From: the human T2T-CHM13v2.0 reference genome, Homo sapiens
NCBI RefSeq assembly: GCF_009914755.1
Contig: NC_060927.1
DNA: 64,000 nucleotides
Direction: 5' to 3' (one strand)
Positions within the stretch are counted from its first letter, which is position 1; the number at the start of each line of letters is the position of its first letter. The position numbers and the translations under genes were made by a program. Below, in pieces: positions 41,851 to 58,008 of the stretch. The notes under the pieces are model-generated. The model saw only the letters and a list, made by a program, of their open reading frames with translations. It ran no database searches and was not told where the DNA came from.

Positions 41851-42771
41851 TTATGCAGCCATAAAAAAGAATGAAACCATTCTTTTGCAGCAACATGGAT
41901 ATAGCTGGAGGCCATTATGCTAACTAAGTGAACTAACACAGAAACAGAAAACCAAATACTGCATGTTCCTACTTACAAATGGGAGCTAAACAATGGGCAC
42001 ATGTGGACATAAAATAGGAATAGGCACTGGGGACTGCTAGAAGAGGGAGAGAGGGATGGGGGCAAGGACTGAAAACTACCTTTTGGGTACTATGCTCAAT
42101 ACCAGAGTGACGAGTTCAGTCACATCCCAAACCTCAGCATCATGCAGTATACCTCTGTAACAATCCTGCACATGTATCTCTTGATTCTAAAAGAAAAGTT
42201 GAAAAAGAAAAAGAGTCAGATATATAAAACCAATAGGGACAAAGATAACCTTTGCCTTCAAACTACTGCAGCTAACCACTCCCAGGAGGTTATTTTATGC
42301 ACGGTTTAAAGACTAAAGGTGTAATTTGGAAAAAAAAAAAACACAAAAAACATGAGTTTTAGATTCAGACAAGCCTGATGTTGAAGCCTGGCTGAATATT
42401 TATGAGCTGCATGTTACTTTAGATACATTACTTAACCTCTCTAATTCTCAGTTTCCAAATTTGTAAAATGGAGGTAGTAATACTCTAGAGCTCCGTGCAG
42501 TACAAATTCCTAACCTTAGCCGTATCTTTGTCTCCCCAAAGGGCTAAATGGATTTTCTGAAAGTATTGAAAGAGTGGCTGGCAGAATCTAATTCTGCCAC
42601 CAAGTACATTGCTTTTGCCACTACATCATGTGACTGTACATTGTACTCCCAACCAGGTCTGGAGTGCGTGGCAGTGACACATGCTCTCTCCTAAAGAAAC
42701 AGGGTATGTGCATGTCCTGCTTTTTTTTTTCTTCTTCTTCGTAATTTCATTGGGACACATTTATCAAACTG

Positions 42772-43032
42772 TTTTTCTTTGTTTTCTGAGACAGAGTCTC
42801 GCTCTGTCACCTAGGCTGCAACCTCCGCCTCCAAGGAGCGGATTCTCATGCTTCAGCCACCCAAGTAGCTGGGATGACAGGTGTGTGCCACCACACCTTG
42901 CTAATTTTTGTATTTTTAGACAGATTTTTGCCATATTGGCCAGGCTGGTCTTGAACTCCTGACCTCAAGTAATCTGCCCACCTCAGCCTCCCAAATTGCT
43001 GGGATTACAGGCGTGAGCCACTGCGACCGGCC
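42772..43032 (-). mobile_element. AluS with deletions
   Basis: Reverse Alu motifs. Confidence 0.87.
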
Positions 43033-43247
43033 TGTGCAAGTCCTGTTGATGGCGTCCTTCTTGTTTAGTAACAGCAGCAGAGCAACCAACTGAGAAGGAA
43101 CATTTAAAGCATGTGTTCTTAACCAGAGTCCTAGACCCTCACATGATCTTCAAGTGCTCCATGAACCCCCCTGAAATTGTGGACATTTTTGATGTCTGCA
43201 TATGTGCATTTTTCTGAGGAAGATGGTCCACAGCTTCAAAATTATCA

Positions 43248-43589
<342 letters not shown>

Positions 43590-44320
43590 TTAAGACATTC
43601 TTGCCTTTATCATGGATGTTGATTTTCCTATTTTAGGAAAAGAGCCAAAGCTTGTTATTACCTTATTGAGTTTCTGTATAACAGAGGCCTGTGATTCCTG
43701 AATTTTAGTAAGCTTAGTGATAACCTGAATACAGCAACAAATACAAATATGACCTGGTATTAGATGATATTTAAAGAATCATTATTATTTTTGTTACGTG
43801 CTATTTAAGAAAACTTTTCTGATCATTTAATTATGAACATATATGGAAGTTTTATTACCACAATGCTTTTATATCATGCAAGAAAAAAGGCCCCTAACAA
43901 GTTCATTCAAATATTCACTGCTTTATTTTATAGAAAAAGAGACTGGTAAGATACTCAATATAGGACAGATTGAAAAAGACAGAACGTCTAAAGTTCACTC
44001 AATCCTTGACTAGTAGTCAGTTGGATAGGTCAGTAAATGATTTCCAGAACAAGCTTTAATCCCATTAACGTTCATCAGAAAAGTGCTTAAGAATTTCACC
44101 ATGAATGCAAATATTGGATTTTAAGCCACCGTGAATAGGTCTTCTCAAATGTATTTGAATTGATTCATCTTCCATTTTAAGATCTTTTTAAAAGCTATTT
44201 TAGAATTTCTGAGAAATTTCAGATATGGTTATTGGGTTTACCGTAATTTAAAAATATTATTATAACTTTAGCTGGGGACTAAACCTTAATATAGGGTTTT
44301 GAGACTGGTCCTGTCTGTCA

Positions 44321-44855
<535 letters not shown>

Positions 44856-46107
44856 TTAAACAAAAAACAACTACAAAAAAATTCATCTTACATGCTTCAC
44901 ACTTCAAAAACATTATCACTTTCATTACTGAGTCATCAAAACTTCCTGAGTATTTCTTTTTTAAGTAAAAGGACCAATCACTAACCTGTTTTCTTTTCCA
45001 CCTCACCATCTACAACAACAACAAAAAAGCTCAGAAATAGTCTGGTGAAACTATGCAGTGGGCACGGTTTTTCTGTGGCTTTCTTCCTTCCACCTTCTCA
45101 GTCCCTTCTCACACAGAACTCCCAGCCCTCTCTCTCCCTGTTCTAAGAGTCCTAGAACTGTTAAGGGATGCTTTGTATCTCTCCTAAAGTCTCTAAACCA
45201 AAGTTCCCTTTTCCTTCCCTTCCTGATGAAGCGAACCCTGTATCTTTCCCTGTTCCTGACCTCAGTGGAGTGCTGCCACCTGATCCTTCATTTATTTCTA
45301 GTTCACTCCTTATCACATTCCCCAGAATCCCTTTCCAATTTTTCTTTTTGTCCCAGTACCCACTACACACACTTACCTTGCAATCTTCTTTTCATAAGCC
45401 ACTTTGCTACCTATGATGACATGATGGCAGCAGGCAGCTGCTTTGCCGCTACTCACAGTGTACTATCTGTGAATGGTGCCCCTGGAGTTGGGTACACAGG
45501 GAACACATTGGGAATGCAGCTGGGAGGTGTGAAGGTCACAGTCTTGGATGAGGCCATCTAAATGGAATGACCACAGGTTACCCCTTTCCTCTTCAAGATT
45601 CCTCTTGGTTGTCATTCCTTCCTCCTTGCCAGCACCTCCCTTTCTTGGCAGACCACATGCTTGGGATTGAGGCAGCCCCTTTCCAGCCGTATGACTTTGG
45701 GAAGGTTACTTAAGTCTTCGAAGTATTTGTTTTCTTATTTAGAAAAACGGGGATATAATAGCATTTATCTCATGGTATTATCAAGTGGAATAAATGAGAT
45801 AATGTCTGTAAGAGTACTGGCCCAGGGGGATGGTTAGCCAAGTTAGCTGTTGCTATAATTCCTAATTCTAAGGCTGAGATTCTACCCGTGAGGTCTGTAA
45901 AGTCTCTCTACAGTCTTTGAGAAGTGATCTGCTCCCCTCACTTCTCCATGAAAATTTCTATTTTTCTCCATATTTATTTTTAAAACACATTTTACCTCGT
46001 TGATAGCTGGAATTGAATTTAAACAGTCCTCAATGCCTTAGAATGATCAAATGATTAACACAGACAATCTCTCCACAACGATTCTGTGCCCACTTTCTAG
46101 TGTGTGG

Positions 46108-46428
<321 letters not shown>

Positions 46429-46711
46429 GTGTGTTTCAGCCTTTGTGTCTCTTATGCTACATTGGTCCTCACCCTGTGTTCTTTGTTCATAATAATAATA
46501 ATAGTAGTAGTAGCAGAAGTAATAATAATTACCATTTTCTAAATGTGTCTCTTCTATCAGACTCCTTATTTACATGCTCAATTTAATCTCCACAGTTGGT
46601 TGGTATTATTATTTCCACTATATAGTTGAGGAAACTGAGGTCAAGAGTTTTTCAATACATTGCCCAACGTATCAGAGCCTGTAATGTTGAATCTGGGGAT
46701 GTCTTATCCTA

Positions 46712-47463
<752 letters not shown>

Positions 47464-47657
47464 GTGCCATCTAATTTTATATTATTGTTCTTTGTGTGAA
47501 AAGGACAATCCCTAAATTTTAGTGGATGCCAAATGAAGAATTGTCTAGATAAATGTTTCTCTCCTCTGTAATTCACATTCTAAACTTAATATAATATTTA
47601 AAATACTAATTTGCTTTTCTGTAGTAGCCAAAGGAAAGGCTTTGCTCCTGCTGCAGA

Positions 47658-47659
<2 letters not shown>

Positions 47660-47687
<28 letters not shown>
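47660..47687 (+). repeat. (TG)n microsatellite
   Basis: Directly visible. Confidence 0.95.
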
Positions 47688-47688
<1 letters not shown>

Positions 47689-47799
47689 TTGATGTGTTAT
47701 TTGTTTTGTTTTTATATGGAGAAGGTTTTAAGTACAAAAGAAGTACGTACAGACACTGATGGTCTCTCAACCACCTGCCTCAGCCCACCTGACTTTAGA

Positions 47800-48280
47800 G
47801 CAACTTCAATGCACATTCCATACACTTCCTGTGCACACCTTGAGGGCACACTCCTGGCGCCTGTTTGCTTTTGGCCTCAGGGCTTTCTCCACAGCCATAG
47901 AAGGCTGCTCATCTGGATCCTAGAGCCCAAAAGTGCAAGAGAAAGAAGAGAGGAGGGTAGCTTTAATACTGACCCCCAAAGGGAACCTTCAGTCAATAAG
48001 GTTTAGAAGTTAATGGATAAACACTGTAGCCTCTCATCCCTTGATGGGACAATTCTGGAGCATGGTCAACTCAGTTCCTTAGCAATGCCCAGCAGACATA
48101 AGCCACAGTTGCTCACAGTGGAAACCCACTCCTTAAAAACCACTTTATTGGCTTTCCTCTTTTCTTTGTCTCAACTTCCCAGCTCCCACATTTCTGCTTC
48201 CTAGGATCACCTCAAAAATAAGCTACCCACTCAAAAGTTCTTATCTCAGTATCTGCTTTCAGGGAAACCCAAATTATGTA
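47800..48280 (+). mobile_element. ERVL LTR16-like solo LTR
   Basis: The 3' end ctgcttcctaggatcacctc...tctcagtatctgctttcagggaaacccaaa resembles the LTR16 terminus. Confidence 0.6.
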
Positions 48281-48861
48281 AAATTATGAAAATGAAAAAT
48301 GGATAAATGAGTAAAGGCAGCATTAATTGATTGAAAATTTGCAAACAATTTACTTTAAAGAATCCCTTTTGCTATTTTTCCACCATGGACCTGATGTTTT
48401 AAAGATTTTTTCCTATGAAATAAATTGTATTTGTAAGATAATAATAAATGTTGTCTTAAGGTCAAAGACAATCTGCTTTTAATACTAGTGTTTTCTCCAC
48501 CAAGATTATATTATTTTTGCCAAAAAGCAAAGAAGACTGGAGTTTTAACTAGTCTACTTAATATTTATGTGTGTGTGTTCCATTCGACTTGTTCAAAACA
48601 GTTCCCCAAGTCTGATTATTATACTGTATTATTTTTTAAATAGACACACAGCACATGGTGGGAACCCAGAGGCTGAGAATTCCATACTAGCAAGTTCTTC
48701 CCACGAAGGGTGTTTTGGGGACCAGCGATAGAGCGGTGCCAATCCCTAGGTCCTAGCTGTTGGCAGCTTTCAGAGCTTGTTTACACTCTCTTCTTTTTTG
48801 ACTTGTGATATCCCAGTTTGGTTTGTAGGCCTTGAACATTTCACAAGTCCCTTGCCTCTAT

Positions 48862-49168
48862 CTTCTTTTTTTTTCTTTATAGACAGAGTCTTGCTCTGTT
48901 GCTCAGGCTGGGGTGCAGTGGTGTGATATAGTTCACTGTAAACTCAAACTCCTGGACTCAAGCAATCTTCCCACCTAAGCCTCCCAAGTACCTAGAACTA
49001 AAGGAGGTCACCACCACACCCAGCTAATTTTTTTGTTTGTTTGTTTTTGGTAGAGATAAAGTCTCACTGTGTTGCCTAGGCCGATCTTGAACTCTTGTCC
49101 TCAAGCAATTCTCCTGCCCTGGCCTCCTAAAGCCTTGGAATTACCGGTGTGAGCTACCGCACCCAGTC
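48862..49168 (-). mobile_element. AluJ
   Basis: Reverse dimer with TSD cctctatctt. Confidence 0.88.
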
Positions 49169-49833
49169 TCCTTCCTCTATCTTAAGTCAGCCATCATGCC
49201 ACTTAACCCAGACTTGGCAGCTTTGTGTGGCCATCTCTCCACAGACGTTTGTTATTCCCCAATCCGCTGTTCTGTCCTAATTGCCATCTTCTGCCAAATT
49301 GAGAAATAATGAGACTGGCTGAGGCAGGATAGAAGAGCAGTGGTATCAAGTTAGAAGTCCTGGGTTCTAGTTCCAGTTCTGCCCTTCCTCGTATGGAGAC
49401 ACTAGACAAAGCATAATCTACTTGAGCTCCGTCTTCTCATCTTTAATGTGGAGATAGCATGATCAATTTTGAATTCTCACAGGGTTTGAGAGATAAAAAC
49501 TTCTTCAGAAACAATAAGGCAAGGAAGTTCAGTGTAGTGTTGTTTTTGAGATTGAAAAATTAGAACTGGACTTAAGTATTTAAATATGAGGGGCCAGTTA
49601 AATTATGACATAATCATTATAATCTTTGCAACCATTAAGAATTATGTTGGAGAATAGTTAAAGGTGTTGGAAATTAAGTGGAAAAAAACAAATTATAAAA
49701 CACTTATGTGAAAGTAGAGATTACCAGGAGTGGGGTAGAGAAGGGCATGAGGAGTCATTTAATGGATACAGAGTTTCTGTTTGATGAAAAAGTTCTGGAA
49801 ATGAATAGTAGTGGTGGTTGTACAACATTGTGA

Positions 49834-50143
<310 letters not shown>

Positions 50144-50779
50144 AGAGTTGTACATTTAGAAAAGGTTAAACTTGTAAATTTTATGTTATGTATATTTTAT
50201 CACTATAAAACAAAAGGTAGCTGGAAGGTTGACGAAGGTAGTTCTTAATAAGGTGAAAAGAAAAAACAGTTCTCATGTGAAATCATGGAAATTTCTTGTA
50301 ATTTATGACTATTCTAATTTTCATGGGCATATAATTAGATGAGCTATTAAATTATTTACTTAAATTTTCGGCACAAAAATAAATGTGTTTGTATTTTAAA
50401 AACAATCTGTGTAGGGTGATCCTATTTTTAAAATTTATGTATATATATTATATATGCACATTATAAACATATACACATATATATGCAAACTACATGCATA
50501 TCTGCTTTTTCTAAATTTTCTATGGTGAATATTTATTACTCCTACAACAAATGAAGTACCATATAAACCATAAGGAATTTTATTACTTATATGGTGGCTT
50601 TGGCCTGTCATAGTGTATAATATGCAACTGTTGCCAAAGGAATATGTCTCAGGTAATCTCCAATTGGTGGCTTACTTGAATTTGCAGGTGGAGACAACAG
50701 AATATGCAATGTTTGAAAAGTGATGGACTCTGTGGCTCATTTGAGGCCTTGAAGTAAGTCCATTATATTTGGAACATTA

Positions 50780-51560
50780 TGTCTGTGAGTGGATAGTGCT
50801 GGGATAAAGGGCTCAGGATGAATCTGGAGAGGTAGGCAAGTAATAAAGAGACAAGTTGAGCACATTAGAGTTTGGACTTATCCTAAGGGCAACAGCAAAC
50901 CACTAATGGGGTTTAAGCCAATGAAATCATTAGGTTTACACATTAAAAAGATTAAGGTGTTTGCCTCATGCTAAAGGCACCAGAGAGGAGCAAGACTGGA
51001 AGCGGAGAGGTTGATTATGAGGCTGTCATAGTCTCCCAGGCCATCTGGACAGGAGTGGTCACCAGAGGGATAAAGCCTGTGGATCTGAGACACATCTAAA
51101 AAGTAGAACTTTTGTGATGCTTAGTTCTGATTGGATATAGAGAAGAAGGGTAAGCACTATCTAGGATGCCTCGAGGTCTTAGCTTTGGGCAATGGAGAAG
51201 GGGCTGTGTCACCTACTAAGATACGAATCAAGTAGGAACTTGTTTGAGGGTGGAGGAAAGTAACAGGTTTATCTTGGAACCTGCCGAGTTTGGTGTCTGT
51301 GCAGTTGGAAATCCAGAAAAAGGAAAACTCAGAAGAGGTATCAGGAGCCAGTGGCATATAGAGGGTAACTGAAGCCATGAGAGTGGACAAGATTTCCCAG
51401 GAAGAGCGTGTAGAGAAGAGGTTTGTAGTCTTTCTTGGGAGTAAAGGGGTGATAATCTGATGAAGTCCATGAACCTTTCCTTCAGAAACATTCTGAAGGG
51501 GCTTGGTTGTTAAGCAAATGGAAGAAATCAGGACATAGTTGAGGGTTGTCATGAGGTCAA
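50780..51560. mobile_element. L2 remnant
   Basis: Purine-rich L2-type motifs (gagtttggacttatcctaagggcaa, gaagccatgagagtggac). Confidence 0.65.
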
Positions 51561-52912
51561 GAAAGATTGAGACTTAACTATGTTTAGATAGACAAGTAGT
51601 CAGGAAATGATTAGAGAAACAGAAGAGAGGAAGAATATTCAACGAGAAAACCAAACCCTTGAGAAATGACAAAGAGACTGGCTCCCTAAGAGAGCAAAAG
51701 GCAAGAGTGTTAGGCAAAAGCAGGGGCAACTTTTTAAAGTCAGGAACAAGGAAGAAAAGCTAGAAGAGAACGCAGGTGAGCTTGTGGGTTGGAAGTTGAA
51801 GACTTTCTTATCAGATGACTTCTGTGGACTCAGTGAATAGGAGGTGAGGTCATCTAATGAGAGTCGGCAGAGGTCACAGGTCTGTGAAATGTCCACTGTA
51901 GAGATCAGATATGGAAAACACTATGAGATTTCTAGGCAGTAGAAGCCCAGTTAAACATGGGGACCAGGCATATATAACGACATAAATCTGGGTGATTTTT
52001 CTTCAGCAAATCTTGAGATCCTTGGTGAAAGTGAGAAGAATGCAATGGTTCAATTTTTTAAGGGCTATCAATTTGCCAAGGATTGTGAGTAAAAGATAGC
52101 AGGGCAAAGGAGATGAAGAGTCAAATGAGAACTGATCACAGAATGATGAACCAGGTATCAAAGCTGTCTGGAAATAAAATGAGGTCAGAAAGAGAATGAT
52201 GAAAGGAGACAATGGAAATACCTAGGGATTAAAAATACCAAAGCATGCAGCCAGCCAACCTGTGTGCTCAGCAGTTCATTTGTTTTAAAGACTTTTATTT
52301 TTATTATTTTTTAAAATCACCAAGTGTCTTGATGCACCTATGTTGTAGTTTGATCATGAATTCCTGACCAGAACACTGAAGCTGAGGGAAGCCATTTGAA
52401 ATCAAATTCCTTGTTCCAACCTAACAGCAAAGACTGTATAATCATTAATTTGCCTTTCAAATACAGGACCAGAATTAGATAGTAAAATATGTCTTGCATT
52501 CCCAAACTTAGGCTAATATCACTTGCACATGTAAAGGCTATGGACAAGGTATTAGATAATATTGGAGATTTATAAACCTTCTTATGTATATAATAATATT
52601 GTAGTTATGTAGGTTGATGTCCTTGTTTTTAAGAGATGCCTGTGAAGTGTGTGGAGGTGAACTACCAGCTTATCTGTGACTTATTTTCAAATGGTTATGG
52701 GAAAATGTATAACAAAGCAAATATGGCAAAATGCTAACAATTACTGATCAGAGTTAATGGTTCTCTACAAAGGAAGAGGGTTAATTTTACTTCCTGGGGA
52801 ACATTGGCAACATTTGGAGACATTTCTGTCTGTCTCAAGTCAGGGGGAGGGTATGTGTATGCGTGCATGGGCATGCACTACTGGCATTTAGTGAGAAGCC
52901 AGGGGTGTTGCT

Positions 52913-53288
52913 TGTCATGGTTTGGCTCTGTCTCAACCCAAATCTCATCTCAAGTTGTAATCCCCACGTGTCAGGGGAAGAGCGTGTCGGGAGGTGATTG
53001 AATCATGGGGGTGGACGTCCCCTTTGCTGTTCTCGTGATAGTGAGTGAGTTCTCAAGAGATCTGGTTGTTTGAAAGTGTGTGGCACTTCCTTCTTCACTC
53101 TCTCTCCTGCTCGGCCATGGTAAGACATGCTGGCTTCCCGCTTGCCTTCCGCCATGATTGTAAGTTTCCTGAGGCCTCCCAGTCATGCTTCCTGTTAACA
53201 CAGAACCGTGAGTCAATTAAACCTTTTTTCTTCATAAATTACCCAGTCTCAGGTAGTTCCTTATAGCAGTGTGAAAACAGACTGTACA
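52913..53288 (+). mobile_element. MSTA LTR inserted in MER20 (~52755-53380)
   Basis: tgtcatggtttggctctgt...ttatagcagtgtgaaaacagactgtaca; the flanks carry MER20 motifs (ggacattggcaacatttggagacattt; ctgaggctgagaaaccctg). Confidence 0.88.
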
Positions 53289-53841
53289 CAGCTGAATATC
53301 CTACATTGCACAGGAAGGCCCCCAACAACAGAATTATCCATCCCAAAATGCCATAGCACTGAGGCTGAGAAACCCTGAGCTCATGGTAGATATATAGATG
53401 ATCATGGTGCCACTGCTAGTCTTTCACCTGTCCAAAATATTTTAAAACTTTTGCTAAAGGAAGTTTGAAATGAAAACTAAACTATGAGAACAAAAGAAGA
53501 CATCTATCTTCTAACTAGTAAATGATAAATTATTATTGGTGGTGGTCAGAGATTTTGTTTGTGATTGAGGATTCTCTTGAAAACCATGACTTTTAGGTGG
53601 ATGGCTGGAAACCATTCCTCACCCTCCCTATGGTCAATCAGTCAAAAATAGAACATTGTTTTTGTTCAGTACTCGAATTTTTTGTGCAAAATGTTCTCAG
53701 AGGAAGAAAAAGGAAGGAAAATGGACTGTTATAGACCACTTACTATGACCTAGGTATCATGCTGAGCACTTTTCATACACAGTCCTGTCTGGCCTGGAGT
53801 CAGCTGATACAGATTTAAGTATTCGTTGTGTCACCCAATGA

Positions 53842-54169
<328 letters not shown>

Positions 54170-54179
54170 TGACTAATTT

Positions 54180-54600
54180 CATTCATTTATTTAATCATTC
54201 ATTTCTCCACTCAGCAAACTTTTATTAGATACCTGCTAAGTTTCAGACACTGCTGGACCCTGGGGATATAGAAATAAATAAGGTATATTGCTTGACCTCG
54301 AGAAGCATATGGCCTATTGAGGGAGACAGAAAATTTAATAGTAAGCCATGAGAAATGATCCTCTCTAGAGGAATGGACAAGTTCCTCTAGGGGCACATAG
54401 GAGGTCAACAAAACCAGAGACAACTTCTCAGACTTGGGATACTTAGGAGTAAATCCACTCAAGGGACACTGGGGTGAGATTGGGGTGAGTGAGCTGTGAG
54501 GGTATGGGGATGAGTGTAGCATTCAGAGCTTGAGACAGGTCTGGAGCTCCTTCTATGTAGGTGGAGCACCATGTTAAAGGCCTGGAGATGAGAGAGAAAA
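54180..54600 (-). mobile_element. L2 3' remnant
   Basis: The (ttca)n tail is followed by tttattagatacctgcta...cactgctgg. Confidence 0.6.
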
Positions 54601-54629
54601 TGGAACGCCTTACAGTCCTTGCATGCATT

Positions 54630-54815
54630 CTAAGGCTTAATTTCAGCAGGCATCAGAATCTCCTAAAGGATTTGTGAAAGCACAGATTACAAGGCCTCAC
54701 TCTCATAGTTTCTGATTCAGTGGGACTGGATGGGGCCCAAGTAGTTGTGTTTCTAACAAGTTCTCAGATGATGCCGAGGCTCCCTGTCTAAGGACCACAC
54801 TTAGAGAATTCCTGC
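54630..54815. mobile_element. MER5A
   Basis: Motifs gcatcagaatc, agtttctgattcagtggg, tttctaacaagttctcag and ggaccacacttagagaa. Confidence 0.8.
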
Positions 54816-55663
54816 CTTAGAGAAACTACAGGTAGTTCAACTAGGGCTGAAGCTGAAGAGATGATCAAATTTGGACTAAATTATTGAGCCAATAGGGAGC
54901 TATTGAAGTGTTTTAACCACTTGAGCACTTTAATGCATAATCTCTCTTAGCCCTTGTATCTTCATTGTAACATGGGAGACTAATAACTATCAAACTATCT
55001 ATCTCTCAGCATTCTTTTGAGAATAAAACCAAGCAACATTATGTAAGTAAATTATAAACCACCATATAAATGTCAGAGATAATTATTAAAATTAACTCAC
55101 TTACAGCTGAAAATATTCTCTTTTTCCAGATAATAAAACTGAGGTATAGTAGGCACAGTTGGTATCAGCCAAAGCATCTTGGGCCTGGCTCCAGCATGCT
55201 CACCGCTGCACCACCCTGATCCTCCCTGCCACTCCAGTCAGGAGGAAAAATGTTTTAGTGTTACAAAAAGCCTCTGCTCCCAGTTGTCATTCCACCTTCT
55301 TCTTGACCTTAACCTATTGAGTGAAGTAGATGGTGAGGCTGATTGTCCCAGAGTGGAATCTAAGAGAATTTAACCCAGAGGTTAAATATGTAGCCCAGCT
55401 GAGCAAGGGTGGCCGGTAAAGCCGAGGTCAGACAGTCAGGCATAACTCACAGTTCTGCCCACTAGGCTTACCTGAGGTCCAAGAACTGGCACAGGGTTTT
55501 TGCCAAGGAGATGCTGGGCTCTGAGGTTGTCTCAGTCAGCAAGTGGCACCCAAAAGGAGAACTTCAAAGATTCATTCCTGGGAAACCCCATTAAGGAAAA
55601 TAAAATAGTTTGGGGAATTGGCAACTTTTCAGTTTTCCTATCATGAGTGGAAGAAACAAAGCT

Positions 55664-55815
55664 GACCAGGCATGGTGGCTCATGCCTGTAATCCCAGCAC
55701 TATGGGAGGCCAAAGCAGGAGGATCACTTCAGTTCAAGAGTTCAAGACCAGCCTGAGCAACACAGTGAGACACCCATCTCCATTTAAAAAAAAAAAAAAA
55801 GAAAGAAAAAAGAAA
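55664..55815 (+). mobile_element. FLAM/Alu left monomer
   Basis: Single monomer with A-tail; TSD-like aagaaacaaagct / aagaaaccaagct. Confidence 0.87.
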
Positions 55816-56129
55816 CCAAGCTGTATGTTTTTTATCTTTACGTTTGTATGTCACTTTGCAGTTTAGATTCGCTTTTACTTTTACTTTCTCTTTTGATTCT
55901 CATGGGCAGTATTGTTGTTCCATTTTATAAATGGAACATTTATAAAAGGCATAATTTAGAACACTATAAATGAGAAGTTCAGTGGTTTGATAAGAATAAC
56001 ACATCCAGCTGGTCTTCAGATTTCAAATCTTATGCACTGGACTCCACCAAAATATTTATGTGAAATAAACGTAGCATGTAACAACTGTTTTCAACAAATG
56101 TGGTGATTACATATGTAGTATATGGAATC

Positions 56130-56167
56130 ATCTATCTATCATCTATCTATCATCTATCTATCTATCT
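56130..56167 (+). repeat. Compound (TCTA)n microsatellite
   Basis: Directly visible. Confidence 0.85.
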
Positions 56168-57705
56168 GAATGCCTTATATGCTTTTATTTTCCCATTTTC
56201 TCCTGGCAATACTATTTGGTTATTTCATCTACTTTTTAATTGTTTGGTTTGTTTTTGATTAACCTTCTATAATCTAGTCAGATGAATTAGAACATATTTT
56301 GGTGGAAATAATCCTTGCAATATAAGGATTAAAAATAGTGAAAATTTGTGATGTGATTAAATGAAATGGAATTAGGAAAAAATGCAGGTTTAATGGTGAA
56401 AACTCTGCACTGTAAAAAGAACATTTAGTTAATCACAGGAATTATCATTTTTTTAAATTCAGAAAACAAAGATTCTAAAGCTCCTTTAAACATTTTTCAG
56501 AAATAATGCACATAGTACTTCTGTGAGAGTAGCCAGAGTGCTAAAGTAAAAAGAGAGTCCTTGATCAGCTCCCTCCACAGCCATAAATAATCCAGTCCAA
56601 TAAACTGTAAAGGACTCACGGTATGGTAGAGATCAGAGTTCAAATTCAGCAAGCCATTAGAAGCACTGGAGAATTTTAAGCACTTTTTCTTCCCTTCCTG
56701 AATAACGTCTGGCATTTGTGGAAGATCACTGATGGTCATCAATTTTTCCTCTTACATAGATTATACGTATATGAGCTTGAGCAAACCTGGGCTTCCGAGG
56801 GTCTGTCTTTTTAAATCCAGAGTCCATTTGTTTTTCTTAAAAAAGATTAGTGCCCTGCTTGGAATCATAAACCTTCGAGACTGGGATGGAGTTTGTAGAT
56901 TATCCAGGTGAAGACTGAATAAGTTGCCCAGTGTCGCTTGGCCAGCTGGGACCCAGGTTTCCCGACTTGCTTTCATGGTCTCATGATGATTCTAAGGATG
57001 TAAAGAGACTAAAACAAGAATAAAAAGAAATTATTTCATTGCATGGGGGGAATGTTTATAATATACTGTTGTGTGAAGAAAGCACATACCGCAGTATATA
57101 TCATAGGATTCTATTTGGTGGGGGAAGGATGGAAAGAATGTATGTATGTATGTTAGGTACAAAAAAGGCCAGGGAGATGTCAGCAGGCCTAATAGCTCTA
57201 GGTGGGGCAGTTAGCAGGAATTGCTCTTTTCTTCCTTGAGTTTTTATATATTTTCCAGATTTTTAAATGAATACATATAACTTTGATAATCAGAAAGAAA
57301 TTGATGTTATAAGCGAGGGATTAAAAGCATCCTAAGAAGGTCACACAGGCACATTTCAGGAATACAAAGATAAGTAGCTTTAGAATCCTTTGTTTCCAGA
57401 GACTGGAGAGCAGAGGACTGTTATCTGTAGAAGACAGGTATTTGACCAGAGCTGTGCAGCAGTCTGATGAAGGCAGATGGACGAATTGGCACCTAAGAGC
57501 CAACGCACGGGCTACAAGACAAACATCCACAGTGAGGCTGCAGTGACAGCCTCTCTTTACTGGGCAAAGTCAGCTTACTTCCCACTTCCCGTTACCCCTA
57601 CCACCAAAACCATTGCAGAATCCTGAACTATGAACCCCTATGTTCACTTTCCTAGAGATGTGGAATACTCCTCTGGAACTGTGGCTTTCTGAAGGAAGCT
57701 GATTC

Positions 57706-58008
<303 letters not shown>

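Noticed and set aside
45058-45561. 167-aa ORF
   Set aside because: GTG start, Leu/Ser/Phe bias from pyrimidine-rich DNA and no domain.
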